DNA from: a virus
Lineage: Duplodnaviria > Caudoviricetes
DNA: 46,978 bases
IMG/VR virus record: IMGVR_UViG_3300045145_000042
Location: 1-46,978 of that record
Strand: one strand, 5' to 3'
Shown here piece after piece: positions 46,488 to 46,978 of this stretch. The translations under genes were made by a program, and so were the position numbers. A model generated the notes under the pieces. That model saw nothing but the letters and a program-made list of their open reading frames with translations, ran no database searches and had not been told where the DNA came from. Every line of letters begins with the position of its first letter. The stretch's first letter is position 1.

Positions 46488-46907
46488 TCAGGCCAGCCAA
46501 GCTGCATCAATATCAGTAGGCGATTTATCAAACATAGCGCCGATCATATCGACATGCGGGTCGGTACGACTGATATAGGTGGATACTTCCCAAGCGTTGA
46601 GTGCTTTTTGTCGCTCAATATCAAAGGGAATTTCATTGATTTTCTCAGCCACCATATGAGAGAAAATCCCCATATCAATGAGAATATCTCGAAACTCACG
46701 CGGAGTTTTATTTGGCATCTGCGCCCGCAATTCCGCGGCCGTCGGTTGAGGTGGCTCCACATAAAACCACTCACCATTTTGCCAGTGGTGGTTTTCGCTT
46801 GGCTTTAACGGAACTTCTATAGTACCGGTGCGATAATCCTCTATCTTCGGGTCGCCACCTACAGTTTGCCAATAACCGATATCAGGATGATAAAAACCTT
46901 TTTCCAT
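46488..46907 (-). CDS. Tail fibre assembly/chaperone-like protein
   Basis: ATG 46907 one base after the fibre stop; GYWQT...EVPLKP...WQNGEW. Confidence 0.65.
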   Translation of the reverse strand: MEKGFYHPDIGYWQTVGGDPKIEDYRTGTIEVPLKPSENHHWQNGEWFYVEPPQPTAAELRAQMPNKTPREFRDILIDMGIFSHMVAEKINEIPFDIERQKALNAWEVSTYISRTDPHVDMIGAMFDKSPTDIDAAWLA

Positions 46908-46908
46908 T

Positions 46909-46978
46909 TTAACGAAGCTCCCTGTAAGACCCACCGGTGGTAGTTTTATAGTAATAGCCGTTAGGAATTGGCATGCCC
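46909..46978 (-). CDS. Tail fibre C-terminus (partial; likely the same gene as 1-937)
   Basis: Translates as GMPIPNGYYYKTTTGGSYRELR*, the usual ending of fibres carrying the GQ.WQ...NTTGK domain. Confidence 0.7.
   Translation of the reverse strand, partial: GMPIPNGYYYKTTTGGSYRELR

Larger units (their letters stand above)
1..46978. mobile_element. Temperate alphaproteobacterial phage genome (circularly permuted or excised form), lambda-like head and P2-like baseplate
   Basis: Head, baseplate, immunity, replication, recombination, integrase, attP and lysis modules are all present; no host housekeeping genes; tail-fibre gene split across the ends. Confidence 0.93.

Noticed and set aside
1-46978. 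CRISPR array, DGR/retron, invertible fibre cassette
   Set aside because: No repeat-spacer array, reverse transcriptase or invertase was seen by eye

Overview
The window is a near-complete temperate alphaproteobacterial phage genome, apparently in its circular (excised) form. The host is most likely Brucella/Ochrobactrum-like, inferred from the Omp31-type and autotransporter cargo. The tail-fibre gene is split across the two window ends, and an attP (3' half of tRNA-Thr(GGT)) lies internally between the integrase and phage cargo/lysis genes. Minus strand 1-17159 holds lambda-type packaging and head genes (cos, TerS, GpA TerL, portal, S49, decoration, capsid E) plus P2-type baseplate genes (V, W, J, I), DUF4815 and tail fibre. 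No tail sheath, tube, tape measure or hub gene is recognisable anywhere. 17.3-21.2 kb is a moron cluster (DUF892, lipocalin, Omp31-like, GlsB/YeaQ, GNAT), two of whose genes have perfect host general-stress (EcfG) promoters. 21.2-27.3 kb is the early/replication operon (DnaB, RuvC-like, no initiator), interrupted by an antisense SRA-HNH + membrane-protein cassette. That cassette is spanned by a stop-free 519-codon bridging ORF translationally coupled at both ends. 27.3-30.9 kb is the immunity region with cro/cI, OR/OL operators, a NotI-like REase plus adenine MTase in the lambda rexAB position, and a candidate ~225-nt structured RNA. 30.9-35.2 kb covers recombination and integration. 35.6-46.1 kb holds an autotransporter, the lysis cassette, a dCache-GGDEF diguanylate cyclase and a glycosyl/acetyltransferase surface-conversion cluster. 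All assignments come from motif recognition by eye; no searches were run.
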